A stretch of 62,846 bases of DNA, counting the filler, from Choristocarpus tenellus KU-1152 (lineage: Eukaryota > Protista > Phaeophyceae), in assembly GCA_964200185.2 (NCBI GenBank). It is 13 parts of 13 records of this genome, joined end to end, with 100 filler letters (N's around TTAATTAATTAA, not from the genome) between each part and the next. Parts side by side here need not be neighbours in the genome. Positions count along the whole stretch, not along the records: positions 1 to 4,333 come from CAXNAD020015071.1; positions 4,434 to 10,868 come from CAXNAD020008148.1; positions 10,969 to 15,074 come from CAXNAD020016176.1; 10 more parts are not named here. One strand, given 5' to 3'. Every line of letters begins with the position of its first letter. Position 1 is the stretch's first letter. Positions 1-12,664 of the stretch are shown piece by piece. The notes beneath the pieces were generated by a model. It had not been told where the DNA came from, did not search any database, and saw nothing but the letters and a program-made list of their open reading frames with translations. The position numbers and the translations under genes are program-made.

Positions 1-940
1 GTGCCACGAAAGTGGATCACTGGTTGAGGAGTTCGGCACTGTTGGGGTTGAGGTTGACCCACTTGTCATTCAGGGGCACCTTAAATTATAATCCCAACTC
101 CTCTGTGAAGAGTCCCTGCTTTCTAGGTACCCACCCAGATTTGTTGTAGATGCGTTGGGAGGTACTCTGTCTGGTCTTCTCAATCTTGTGCCTTTCGTCT
201 ATTGGTAGAAACTAGCATGATGCCCAAAGTAAATACATTCTTTCATCTTTCAGGTGTAGGTGTTAAGGGAACTCCTCTAAGGCAGACACCCTCACTCACT
301 TGAGCTATTGGTCAACCACCTTTAACACCTCCTTGATGATTGTGTTGTAGAGGGCTGTGGACTGTAGCTTCCATGCCTGTTCCTGCTCCTCCCAGGCTTC
401 CAAGAAGCTTGCTTGAACTGGATCACTTGCACACTCTCCTCGTGACACCTCCTGTGTAAGAGGTGGCAGTACCTCTAATGTAGCTTCTAACAAATAGACT
501 GTATAGGAAGCTCCCATGCTGTTGGCATTTGTAGTTGCACCTGCTACATCCTTGGTAGTGTTTTTTATGGCAAATAAAAATCCCAGCCGAATGAGGAAAG
601 TTCTCAACATTTCCACAACCCACCTTCACCTCTTAGATATCTACATCAGGAAAGTGTTCTCCAAAGTTTCAAGAAGTAACTAATTTAGTTCCTTCTCTGC
701 TAATGATACACCATTGACCTTCATTGTTTTATCATAATTATCAAAGCCATGCCCACCCCTGCCTCCACCTCCCTGCGACCACCCTGACTGCCTTTTCTGT
801 TGCCTCTATCTCGAGGCTGCACACATCCCTCGTTTGAGCGTGTAAATGCTTCTCTTCCTTTTAGTATGCTGTTGGGTATCATGAGTTCTTTCGTGGTATG
901 CGCACCCTATTTCTGCCCAGTTGCACGTTTTTTCTTGTCC

Positions 941-1170
941 TTACCATTCCTTTCCTCCCACACAATGTATTGTGCTACTGTGGATCACGCATGCCTTAGG
1001 GCGCGGCCAAGGGTACAACTTCTGGATGCAATAGTGGGGCCAATGCAGTGGAAATGTGGGTACAACTACAAGGAAGATCTTCTCAACCGGCAAACAACAG
1101 GTGGGTGTGTTGTTCAAAATAAACAACGCAGTATGTGCTGCTTTGGAATATTTTTTTGATACACGCATTA
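941..1170 (-). pseudogene. Possible degenerate Copia integrase remnant
   Basis: Translation AAHTALFILNNTPTCCLP...KLYP resembles the Copia integrase end (AxxTAxYLxNRTP...KLxP). Weak match. Confidence 0.3.
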
Positions 1171-1402
1171 TCAGTTGTGGAGTATCCATGATGACCTTGG
1201 TACATAAGCAGTGTCTACACAGAGAGGAAAATGTCACTGTTCGGGGGTGTGGGTGGGTGCACAAGAATTATACTCCCAGAATGGCTATGCCAGTGCCTCC
1301 TCTAATTTTGGAAACTATAACCCTTATATATACACACAAAGGTACACCCCAACATTCAACTACTGAGGAGTTAGCATAAAATTCAGAGTTGTTGTGTGGC
1401 AG

Positions 1403-2692
1403 GTGAAGAAGCAGCAGCAAGCACATATACTTACAGGTATGGTACACTCAAGTATTATAGTGAGAACAATGTCTGATTGGTGTGGCTCAACATTTTCTGA
1501 AAGATATTTGAAGACAAAGCAGTGCTTCTGTGCAGCTCGGATTACACTTACTTTTAAAGCTACCCTAGTAGATTCCTTAGAACTGAAACAAGTCCTAGGC
1601 TGTCGTGCAGCAATCCTGTCCACAACCTACAGTAAATAACAAGCACTGTGCATACATCTGTCCAATTTCATGTGTGCGATATTCCATTCAGTCTATCGAG
1701 AGAATTGGTACTGGCCAGATATGTGGGCTGAGCAAGAAAAAAATGAGAGAGCAGAGCAGGCAGCGGTTGATCTACAAAGGGAGCGTAACAAGGTGCAATA
1801 TATTGAACAGAACATGCCACCTTTAATGGACACCTCCACTTTGTGGAAAAATGACACTATATACATATGTTTGTACCTATGTTGAGCTCTAGCATGTCTG
1901 TTTTTTGATGCATGCTTCGGTTGAGGTTAAAAAAACTCCTGCTGGTTGAGTGTGGAAAATGGTAGGCTGCCTTGGACTCCAGCAAGATATTGAATGAGGT
2001 TAAATGACAAAAATGTACTCTGCAACATTTTCTCCAGTGATGGGAGCTTTTTTCATGTCTTGAATGCTACCAAAGTCTGTAGTATCCAGGGCTGAGACAT
2101 TACTTCTGTAGGAAGGATAATGACATTTCGGATATAGAAGTCCCATAACATTTTATACGTTTATCCTGGCATTTGTCACTTCAAAGCATCCAGGAAACCC
2201 ACCACTGCACTGGGTATCATTTATTTTTCTTACGTTTGAATCTCCATGAGTATAGAGGTTTAGGCAGTGCATGTAATCAATGGGAGAGAGTAAATGAATG
2301 TCCATGAAGAGGAAGTCTCCTTGACTGAGAGATTTTGGCTTTCTCAATTGATCATGTCCTATTAGTTGTAGTACTCAGGACCTCCCTACCCTGGTTTGCC
2401 ATTGCAGTCTTGACCTCTCTCCTCCACTACTCCATTCTCTGGCCCTTGTCCGCGCAACAAGATTCTGTCACGAAGAAAGGGGGATAAGGACAAAAGGAGT
2501 CTTGAAGACGACATGAATGAGGTTGCCTTGTCCCTGGCGGAGGAGGAAAAGCGCAAGCTTGCCCAAGAGGAGGAGGAGAGAGCCCAAGCAAAGGACCTCC
2601 AAGACGCACTGGTCTCTGCTGAGGATGCTGCTCTGGAGCGAAGGCAGAGAAACAAGGAGCTGAGCTCCCCTGACAACCGAAGGAGAGTGTAG
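1403..2692 (+). CDS. 3' exons of a charged coiled-coil protein gene (1403-1436, 1719-1792, 2462-2692)
   Basis: AG/GT-bounded exons join in phase: VKKQQQAHILTDMWAEQEKNERAEQAAVDLQRERNK-ILSRRKGDKDKRSLEDDMNEVALSLAEEEKRKLAQEEEERAQAKDLQDALVSAEDAALERRQRNKELSSPDNRRRV-stop. Confidence 0.7.
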
Positions 2693-4333
2693 ACTGAAAT
2701 GTTTAATGCTTTTTCTACGCAATGCCACGGGACTCGGCAAACACTTTGTACATGTAGTATTGTCAAGATTCCTCCATACTTGAAGGTGGAACATGTGTGA
2801 CCGGAATGTTGGGAAGGGAAGCATGATACATCTTGCAACTATGTCACCTAAGATGCTAGGCAGTGGCAATATACCACTACACCTCCCCATGGGCAGAGAA
2901 GGCAAAACCTACAGAATTGCAACTATTTTTGCAGCATTCTGCCTTCTTGTCCCTATGTTCCAAAAATGGAGAAATAACGTGGAGGATGTGATGTATCACT
3001 TAAAACTAGGGTACGTACTATGATACACCCAAGCACAGTGGCATGCGCTCAGAGCATGGACAGATAGATCCTTCGTAGTAGAAATAAGGAGCTCTAAAGA
3101 TGGAAGTTTAGCTCTAGAGCTCAGGTCAAGAGTCAAGAGTCAGAAAGTCTGAAACTGCACAAAATATTTGTTCTACAGTGTGAGGCAGGGTAGAGCTCTA
3201 GGCCACTGCAGTACCGACACCAAAGGCCTCACTGCGCAAGATATGGCGTAGTGTTTGTATTTATGTGGTGTAATCGACTGAGCTCAACCAGAATAAGTGC
3301 TTGTCTTCATTGCTTGTTTTGCATTGTTTTAGTTGCAAGGAAGGGAACACAGAGTATGGAGATGTGATGCACCGCACTGCATTACATATACCACGTACAC
3401 TGTCATGTAGGACTGATTTTAGGCACATTGTATGATTGTACTGTTGGTAGAAACGCTGTGCCTGCCTTTGTTGGCAGATCTGAGTGCGAAAATACGGCAG
3501 AATCAGAATAGAGACATCGACCAATAATGAGAGACGCCGAAGAACATAATGCCAGCGCCATCTCCAATATTTCCCCTTCCAGTTGTTAAGACTAGATCTG
3601 TGGTTCCCTTTGTGGCATATTGAAGGGTGGGAAACTGTTTCTCATATTTGTCGCGATTGTCTTTCGTTATTCTTCCTCTTCTTCCCCTCCTCTGTCAAAC
3701 GAGTTGATGGAGTGAAGCTTTTGTTACCTCTGGGTCATTCATGTGAGTTCGGTCTCCTGTCTCCGGTCTTTGCATGCGTTCCTTCTGTTGTGTCTTGCGT
3801 GTGGTATGCGCCTCTTCCCTTGCCCCCAGAGTGACCCCTGGAGCAAATGAGTTGGCAAACATTTCCACCGTTGTATCAGACTAAACACTGTCCTACCTCG
3901 TACAGACTCAAATTATCCTTCTCAGATATACACAGTATTTGAATCCTATCTGCGTAATATGCAAAGACTTCAATAAACTGTTTCGCACTAACAACTTTAA
4001 ACTCTAGAAACCTCAACCAATAGGAGGAAAACGAGCTCGCAGTGAAAACTTTGTAGAAAAGCAATGCCAAACAGACAACACCACATCATATTAGAGAGGA
4101 AAAACCCCTTGATATTTATTTATTCACCGACGACCTATTGTTTTGTGGAATTATTTCTAGTGTTTCACAGGAGGAGGCAATTAGTCCTGGATTATTTCAT
4201 CATTGCGTAAACTAATTGTGAAAACCACAAGAACCTGTCCTGGGTTGGTGATCGCTTAGAGTTCCTGGGGAGATTAGTGTTCTTCTAATCGGTCTAGTTC
4301 AGCCAATACAGTACCTACCCCGATTTTGTTCAC

Positions 4334-4433
4334 NNNNNNNNNNNNNNNNNNNNNNNNNNNNNNNNNNNNNNNNNNNNTTAATTAATTAANNNNNNNNNNN
4401 NNNNNNNNNNNNNNNNNNNNNNNNNNNNNNNNN
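4334..4433. other. Artificial contig-joining linker (N44-TTAATTAATTAA-N44)
   Basis: Identical 100-bp block with stops in all six frames recurs at 4334, 10869, 15075, 20310, 26983, 30412, 35610, 40745, 44196, 47921, 56593 and 59655. A separate 10-N gap lies at 50560-50569. Confidence 0.97.
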
Positions 4434-4469
4434 ATTGGGGGGGCCCTCCGCCCGCGGAGGGCCAATATT

Positions 4470-4518
4470 GGCTCCCCGGTGTAGAAAGCCCCCCCCCCCC
4501 CCCCAGATACTTTGGGTC
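4470..4518. mobile_element. MITE family B, partial at contig start
   Basis: Ends in the family B terminus C-run-AGATACTTTGGGTC. Confidence 0.7.
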
Positions 4519-6199
4519 TTAGTAAGTAGTTTATGTTGTTGGTGGAACAAGTGCTTCTTTTCCCGGATTCATCACATGATCTACCCCTCTCAGTCCTAGT
4601 AGGATTGGGTATTCAGATCTGCTGTAGATGCTGGGAGGAGAAAGGGAGAGAGAGAGAGAGAAAGAGAGAAATAAGGTTGAGAGGTAGATTTGAGGAAGGA
4701 AGACTGATCATGAGCCGCAGCATATATATAGCGTATCATTTTCATTTTTTGAAGCATATGCAAAGGACCTTCCGTGAGGTATTGGTGCAAGGGCTAATAT
4801 TTCAACATTAATGTCATCATCATCATCACCTTTGCATTGGTTTGAATAGTCTAAGGCACATACGTGGAGGGCAGGTCTATTAGACTACTGTATCAGCCCA
4901 AAAAGTCCATATGTAACCAAGCCCTAGCGTCCCATTTGTTTATAATTTTTTAACTTCTTAAACAAAAAACCTGGGTCTACATTTATTCCAACATCCCAAA
5001 CTCTAGTACAGGCTGAGATGGGTATCGGGTACAAGCAAGTCCCTCAGCCATCGGTGCCCAGTATAGACTTGAAGGGAACTGGGGTGATTCCACCAGGACA
5101 GGAGGTGGGAAACCTTCTTGGTAAGGGATGGAGACGTTTGGCAAGGGCAAACCTTCCCACCAAGTTTGTGGAGAAGATCACCAAGACCAGGTAAGGTATT
5201 AGTCAAAATACTGACGAGGCAAAGTTCAAAAACGTTTTTTTCATGAGGGTGCTCGATCTTTGTTCCTGGTGGTTGAGATAATGAGGCGTTTCAAGCATAT
5301 GCTTTTTGGTACCTATGCTTTTAGGTGGAGTACGATGGGCAGGTCAATCGTGTCTGAAATTTGCCCCCCCCCTGCCCCCAACCGAACACAAACAACGGTG
5401 CAAAAGGTCTTCTCACACATACAACAGTGCTGTGGCACTTGTATAGAACATGTAGTCTCTGTATTGTACCGCCCAGTACTGTCAACCAATTCATACACTT
5501 GCACAAACCTGCAAGTGCGTGTTCATAGGGCCAGTGTCGAAAGTCAGGGGGGTTTTAGAGATGGCAGACTAGACAATTGATACATTTCAACTGTTGACGC
5601 TATACTAAAGATAGCAACCGACGGGAAAGGATGCCCAACTATTGAGGTGCTATTGTTCCTCCAGGGCAGACAGTCGGGTTTCCCCTTGAGCACGTTGCTG
5701 GAACAGCCCCCTCTAGTTTCATTCTTATCCTCTTGCTGTAGAGAGTCGGGAAGGTAGTTCACGGTCAGGATCCAATCCCATAACCCCTGATTTTGTCAGG
5801 TATTGAGATGCTGCACTCTCTTGGTGGGGCAGATACTTCACCATCTCCTCAGAAAGCGCTTGCATTCCAGTTTCGATGTCTCTAAGAAAATTAGCACGAT
5901 ATATCTTACCGTCAGAGTAGGACTGCTTAAGAACAACCAAAAGTTTGGAACCATTCTTGATGCTTTGTAAAATTACTTTTTTTGAAATTTCCCAGCCTAT
6001 GAGCTATCCAATGAAATGACTGACTCATGGACTTTGCAGCGGAACAGCATCATTAATCACACATGACTTTTTTTTTATGAACCTACCCTTTGATTTCTTT
6101 ATTTTTCAAATTTTGCTTGCAGTGTTGTGTTTACAATTTTTTTTAAGTTTTATTTTCTATTGGCGTTGGTTGTACGGTCAGAACTTGACTTCTCTCCAG

Positions 6200-9100
6200 T
6201 TTTCCTACACGTGCTACATCACGGCACATCAGGAGGTGAAAAAGAGGTCAGTAGACCCCCCACTCTGCTAATTCCTCCGTACTCATGGTTGAGGGTCCAC
6301 ATTTGTCAAAAATGGGCTAGGAATTGCTGCTCTTATCTCACCAAAGCTTTTCAAAATCCTCTCTCTTCTTCCCTCTGCCGTCATCATCTTGACACCCCAC
6401 ACACCATATCCACCCCCCGTCCAACACTTCTACCCGCCCTCCACCCCACAAGTACACACACACATTCCCTCCACCAGTACTGTCTCATCTGCCTTATATA
6501 ACAACCTGCCCCAGCACCAACATGGAAGTCATCAACCCAAACAGCAACAACAACATTAGTCAGGGAGGGCATTAGCATTAAGTTTGTGGAGTTCCTACAG
6601 CCCCCTTTACACTTTGCTGACTCACACGGCTTGCCATTGACACCACCCTCACAACAAATGTGGCCTAACCCTAACCCTAACCGTTTGCAGGACACAAGGG
6701 CCAATGGAGACAGCAGTTAACACCCTCCCAGAAGCAAGATCGACAGAGAGTGTGGAACCGTCCAGTGCAACACGATTGGAAAATGACTTCCATCCCGCAC
6801 CCATGGAGACAATGTTTGTGGCGGATATCCTGACGGAGCATTCTAGGGTGTTGCATGAAGCGGACAGGCGTATGAAGAGGGAGGAGATGCTGGGGGATGA
6901 CGCATCCCTTACCGTCGAGCAGATGGTTGCTGCTGGTCCACAGGTGGGTGAAAGTATCTTAGAGGGTACGAGTTTTGCCCTGTTTGTCTGTCTGGGACTT
7001 GGCTTCCCACCGGTTCTTTGTGACGTTATGAAAAAGGTGTGTCCGGAACAAGGAAAATGACACTTCATAACAAACACGATAGCCAAAATCACATCAAAAT
7101 GACAACATTGGATTTTGGCCCCCAAACGGACGCGGATCTATCCTCTAAGATACTTTGACTCAGGTTCTCGCCCTAACCCTGCATCCCAAGAATAGAACAA
7201 ATTTCGTCGAGAGGATGAGTATATGGAATCACCAATTAGATAAGGCTGTTGGCTTTAGTGAGTTGTACCACACATGAAGGCAGGGAGGACAGAAACAGTA
7301 ATTCATGAACCCCTGCCAGAGCTCAAAAGTAGTACTTCAAAGTAGCAGTAAGAGATTATTTAATTTAGTGCATGCTATGTGATGCCAGCTTTTCCTATTG
7401 CTCTTGCTTAACATCTTCCAATGCCAGTCTCTTAAAGGCATAAGGAAGTGGACTTGTTTCATCTAACTAGGTTAGACTCGTTGTCAATGTATGTAGGTAG
7501 AGTAGTCTCAAGTCTCCCGTCAAGTCGAATTGATGGGAAGTGCTTGAGGCCATAGGCCACCAGAGGTAAGGTTTGCGGAGCAATAGTAACAGGTAGGGCC
7601 AGGACAGGGTCAATGGGGGCTACATTTAGAAGAACCAGCCAGGATTGAACTAGGGCACCCTACCACACGTTGAGGGCACTATGGATCCAATATGGGGTTG
7701 CATCTTTCAAGGGTGTGTTTGAGTGTTGAGACAATTTGGTGCATGATCTTGGGAGAGAGAGAGGTTAGTCAAGGACCTGCAACCATACCCAACTAAAGTA
7801 AGCAGTAGCTTTGACATTGCCTAGGGACTAAGTGCAGTGAAGGATACAATACTCGTAAATACAATCAGAACTCTTAGACCTTCTGTTCGATTCCAATCTT
7901 TCACCTTCACCCTGTCCAACTTTCCTACACTACCCTCCACGACATCCTGCCCAACTGTGCCTAATCCCCCCAGGAGTACACATCATTGGAGCGAAAGATC
8001 ATGGCGGCGGAGATGAAGGAGGGAGACAACGAGAAGATGGAGTTGGAGAAGGAGAGTGAACATGCGATCATTGCCACCATGGCTGGCAATTTCGAGGTTT
8101 GATAAGATGCAGCACCTTTCTGTTCAGAGGCAATACTTAAGTACATGAATACTATGTCGAAGCAAGTCACTTGTTGTATTCAATTACTCAATGGCATATT
8201 TCTGAATACACCAAAGCAACTAGCCAAGGACAAGAAGTGCCCCAGAAAAGAGAGCAGGGAACAGATTCGTTTGTAGGGATTGTGTTGTTGCAGAGATTAT
8301 GAAGGGGTTGAGGCAACACTAGCTTTTCGCCTATTGTTGCTTGTGGGCATGAGCATTTTGGGGGGGGAATTTTTGGTGCTGAGGACATCACCCCTGGAAA
8401 GGAGGAACCCCCCACATTGCCCCCTAGGATTGTGGGAGGTGTCATGAGATAGATGGCACTCAAAGTGTGCAGTGTTCCAGGCATGGTCATGGATTTTTCT
8501 GAAACGTCATCGTTTCCAAGGAGATCTCCTGTGGAAGGGAGTTGAAGCATGGGCAATTTCTTTTTTGAAGGATCTCTTCCAAGAAAACATCCTTCTCTAC
8601 CGACAAAACTAGTCTGAACTGTAATCCCACTCAGCCAATCTATGCATCCCTGTTATAGAGCAAATAGATGCGAGCATAAGGTATATCCTGATCAAAGTTG
8701 GATTTTGGTGCCATGAACCTGTTTGCAGGACCTAGAGGGGCTACTCCATGAAGACATCTCTCCAGACACTGAGGACTCGAAGGGCAACAGCCTGTTGATA
8801 CTGGCTGCCCAACAGGTGGGACCAGCACACCTACGAGATAAAACGATGATTAGTTTCATCTGGCCGCCAACAATAGCACAGATCTGATTCCATGTCTGAA
8901 GATGCCTGCCCTTACCCCTACCCTACATGGTATCACCTCAGCTATTGAACCTTTTGGCATTCACAAATATATATTCCATCACAAATGGCGAAAGCAAAAA
9001 TTATGTGTTGTCGATGTTGGCATGTACTTGACTATAGCAACTCCCTCTCCACTGGAACCTCTCTACCTCGGCCCCTTCTCATGAGCAACGTTGAGGATAT

Positions 9101-9610
9101 CAGTTCTATTTGGAACCGGAAAACAGTAGACAACCCGAAACACAGTGGAGTGAAAGTATCTTAGAGGGTACGAGTTTTGCCCTGTTTGTCCGTTTGGGGC
9201 TTGGCTTCCCATGACTTTTTTCATTCCATTTTCCTATCCGAAATGTTTCGGAGTAGGTAAAATGAATAGGTTATGAAAAGGTATGTCCAGAACAAGGATA
9301 TTGGCACTTCCTAACAAACACGATAGTCAATATTACAGCAAAATCGCAACATTGGATGTTGGCCCCCAAACGGACTCGGCTCTACCCTCTAAGCTGCTTT
9401 GACAAAGTGCATCAATCTTTTTCGCACCTTGTCGAATAAAACCTCTGAGAACTGCCGGCCATGTCCATGATGACACTAACTCAAATACTTCCACTCTCTC
9501 AGGGAAACAAGCGCATCATCAAGCTCCTCCTGCGCAAGGGCGCAACCATGAACCATCAGAATGTGGATGGAAATACCGTCCTTCACTTCTGTACTTCAAT
9601 TGGACGTGAT
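6200..9610 (+). CDS. Ankyrin-repeat protein, internal exons 6200-6246, 6691-6943, 7974-8096, 8729-8815, 9503-9610
   Basis: All five exons are AG/GT-bounded and phase-compatible. The spliced peptide ends DSKGNSLLILAAQQGNKRIIKLLLRKGATMNHQNVDGNTVLHFCTSIGRD, which is ankyrin consensus. Confidence 0.85.
6664..6682 (+). repeat. Interstitial telomere-type repeat (CCCTAA)3 just before a 3' splice site
   Basis: cctaaccctaaccctaacc-gtttgcag precedes exon 6691. Confidence 0.85.
6946..7161. mobile_element. MITE family A (internally deleted), TSD AGGT
   Basis: TIR gggtgaaagtatcttagaggg / cctctaagatactttgactc; aggt at 6942-6945 and 7162-7165. Confidence 0.9.
9148..9405. mobile_element. MITE family A, TSD AGTG, intronic
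   Basis: gagtgaaagtatcttagagggta...taccctctaagctgctttgacaa; same interior as other copies. Confidence 0.9.
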
Positions 9611-9767
9611 GTGAGTAGACACACACACATACACACACATATATGTATATATATATATATATATATCTTTGGGAAGGTCTTACTATTGTGTGATGGTAGC
9701 AAACAGGAATGCAGGGGAAATTCGACACTTGATCCCCTTGCATCTCTGAAGGAACTCCTCTGTCCAT

Positions 9768-10031
9768 GAGCCAAAGTAAACGAGAGAGGTACCCAGTTTT
9801 TGGGCGCTTTCCATTTAAACCAGTTTTTCAATATTTTACGATTCACTCATATTTCTACGGATGAAGCGCTAAGTTCAACTTGAGAGCATTTATTTCTCAA
9901 ATGTATGAGACTTTTCGACAGAAATTCAGAAGACGTCCTGTACACATCTTTTTTTTTTAAGCTTGATTTTGGTAAATATTTGTCATCATCCTCGAAGTGC
10001 AACTGTGGGTACCTCTCGCTTACTCTGACTC
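9768..10031. mobile_element. MITE family C, TSD CCAT
   Basis: TIR gagccaaagtaaacgagagaggtaccc / gggtacctctcgcttactctgactc; homologous to 10425 and 19416. Confidence 0.85.
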
Positions 10032-10424
10032 CCATTGAAGCTCCAAGGCTATCGTGCCACTCCTCCATTCGCTCTCAAAGATGGTGCAACAAAATTTCCA
10101 CTCCCAAAAGAAAACCAAAACTAGAATCTCCATAAAATAAGTGTATCAAACAAAGAGAGAGCTCCTCTTCTTTCTCATCATCATTGCTTCATTCTTTGGG
10201 TGGTGTAACAGCATGACACCATAGAAATAAGTTGGGTACAGTCCTCCTTTGTTATGGCAGCAATCTGTATGGAGTGAGGGGGCGAGGTAGACGAAAATTG
10301 AAGGGTATGTACAGTGGTTTTGAATCAGATACTGATGGTAAGTTCTACAGTAACTATAATAATGAACGCACACTTGTGTGGGACTTGTAGTTTGGAACGA
10401 TTGGTTGATTTACAAGGTTATAGT

Positions 10425-10655
10425 GAGCCAAAGACAACAAGAGGTACCCGATTTTTAACCGTTCTGGATTATTAGCCATTTCTATGGATGAAGTGTTAAG
10501 TTTGACTAGAGAGCGTTAATTTCTCTATTTGTTTGAAATTTAGCGACACACTTCAGAAAATATCCTGAATGCATTTGTAAGAGAGGCAAACATTTGCACG
10601 AACTTGCTGGCATCCTTAAAATGCAACTCTTCATACCTCTCGTTTGATTTGATTC
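10425..10655. mobile_element. MITE family C, TSD AGT
   Basis: gagccaaagacaacaagaggtacc...tacctctcgtttgatttgattc; shared interior (atttctatggatgaag). Confidence 0.8.
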
Positions 10656-10968
10656 AGTGTGTTATGTTTGGATTCTCAAGCTGATTGAAATTGTGGTTGA
10701 ACGGTCTGATAGGGGTGAAGGTGTTACGCTGTCGAATCTGCAGGTGTGTCGGTTGTCCTTATATGTGTTGTTGAGGTAGGACCGTTGATTATTTTCCCAT
10801 ACCTATATACTTTCCACCGCGCAGTCTACAGTAAAATTTAAAAAAACCCTCACACGCCAATGTATAAANNNNNNNNNNNNNNNNNNNNNNNNNNNNNNNN
10901 NNNNNNNNNNNNTTAATTAATTAANNNNNNNNNNNNNNNNNNNNNNNNNNNNNNNNNNNNNNNNNNNN

Positions 10969-11964
10969 GGGAGTTAGATGGCTGTGTCACAAGCCTAATG
11001 GACCACCTCTCAGTCTTTCCTGCCCCTGACAAGATTTCTGAGTTGCCCTTGCCCGTGTGGGGGGTGGCACCATCTTGCTCAACTACAACGTGCTTCCCCA
11101 GCAACCAAGGCATCTTGGTCTTGATTTCAGGCAGTAACTCCTCCATGTACCACTTCCTGTACCACAAATGGTCTAAGGTACAGTCCTGCTCATACACATC
11201 CCCCCCTCTTTATGGTTCTTGCTTGTCCTGTCTGCCGAACACCAAGCTTTCCATCAAAGCTGTGAGGTCGAATCTGGGCGGGCGTTGGATGCAATGATCA
11301 TGGTTTTGGGGATATGATTCTTGTGCTGCACAGTAGGGGACCCTGGAAGGACGCTATCATCCTCATGCGGAGTTACGCTAACCCTTTCCCCATCATCCAT
11401 CACGTAAAACCAGGTTTCATCCACATGGATCGTGTTCTCCATGGAGGCGTACGCACCATGTTTCCAGTCCACTTGATCGCAAGCAAAGTTCATTCTCCGT
11501 ACCTTTTGCCACGATTTAAGCTTGGGTTTGATCCAGCGGCGATTCGGCATGGCCCCCATATGATCCAACCACCTGTTTATGGTGCCAGTACCATAATTCA
11601 GCCCCTTGGCGGCCATCTTCATTGTCAACTGACGCACTGTGAATGACCGATGATCGGAGTTGATACTATGTATTGCGACCATCCTGGTTTGTGTGAGCTC
11701 CGAAGACCACCCACTAGGTGCCGCCACCCCTACAAGGTAAAGGGTGTGGCCATGGGTGAGCTAATCGGTGACGTCCTCCCGGAGGCCTCGCACATAACAC
11801 TCGGACACTCCAAACTCCGCTGCAAGGGCCGGACCAACGTGTCACGGCAGGTTATCCTCACGAGGAACATTCGCGAGGGTGTGCTTCACTGCAAGGGCCA
11901 CCCTGATATTCAGGGACACTTGGGCACCCTTCCTACGTGGGGGGATCGAAGAGGGGGTTGCCAT
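10969..11964 (-). mobile_element. Tc1/mariner transposase pseudogene (plant-type DDxD), truncated by contig end
   Basis: Motifs IHVDETWFY, KTMIIASNARP, EQDGATPH and LVTQPSNS (start of the SPDLN motif). Stops and frameshifts separate the ORF pieces. Putative ATG at 11964. Confidence 0.88.
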
Positions 11965-12459
11965 GCCAACGCTCTTTCCCTTGATTTGCCCAGTTCTGGC
12001 CTCAAAATCACCACAAAAGATCCCTACTTTGACGACTTGAAGCACATTGAGTTTGTACCTGATGATGCTCGACCCCCACGGTTTCTGAAAGCTGAAAGCT
12101 GAGATTGTCAAGCCGATTTCGTTCTGTGGGGTTATCGTCCGATTCGGCGCCTTTCTCGCTCGACGAGTCCAGATGTTTCACGGCACAAACGTATGGCACA
12201 GAGCTAGTACAAGCAGCAAAACAATATACCTTAACCCCTAATGAACAATCTAACAAACAATCAGCCAACAACAGTACGCCACCCTAGAGAGAAAGACAAA
12301 ACAGAGATGGAGATAACACAGGAGTGAATGGCAGTGGATGGTGGGTGGTCGACCAAGCAAAACGTCCACCCACCCCTTCCCCACTCTGCACCACCCCATG
12401 TCAGCAATCAAGGTTGGCGCACCACTCAGGGCTAACAACTTGGAGATCACAACCCCAGA

Positions 12460-12664
12460 CTGTCAGAGTATCTTAGAGGGTAGAGAGGAGTCGTGTTTGT
12501 TAGGAAGTGTCAATTTCCTTGTTCCGAGTACATATTTTCATGACGTACACATTTTACCTATTCCAAAATCTTGGAGTAGGAAAATATCATAAAAACCCCG
12601 TGGGAAGCCCAGTCCCAAAAGGACAAACAGGGCAAAACTCGTACCCTCTAAGATACTTTCGCTT
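12460..12664. mobile_element. MITE family A (internally deleted), TSD CAGA
   Basis: agtatcttagagggta...taccctctaagatactttcgctt. Confidence 0.85.

Noticed and set aside
4378-4389. Palindromic TTAATTAATTAA repeated 12 times
   Set aside because: Always centred in N runs: a synthetic linker. ORFs ending XXX-LIN are artefacts.
6649-7125. Recurrent peptides (SILEGTSFALFVHLGLGFP, WILAPKWTRLYPLRYF) in many ORFs suggesting a gene family
   Set aside because: They are translations of MITE family A in different frames, with frequent indels.
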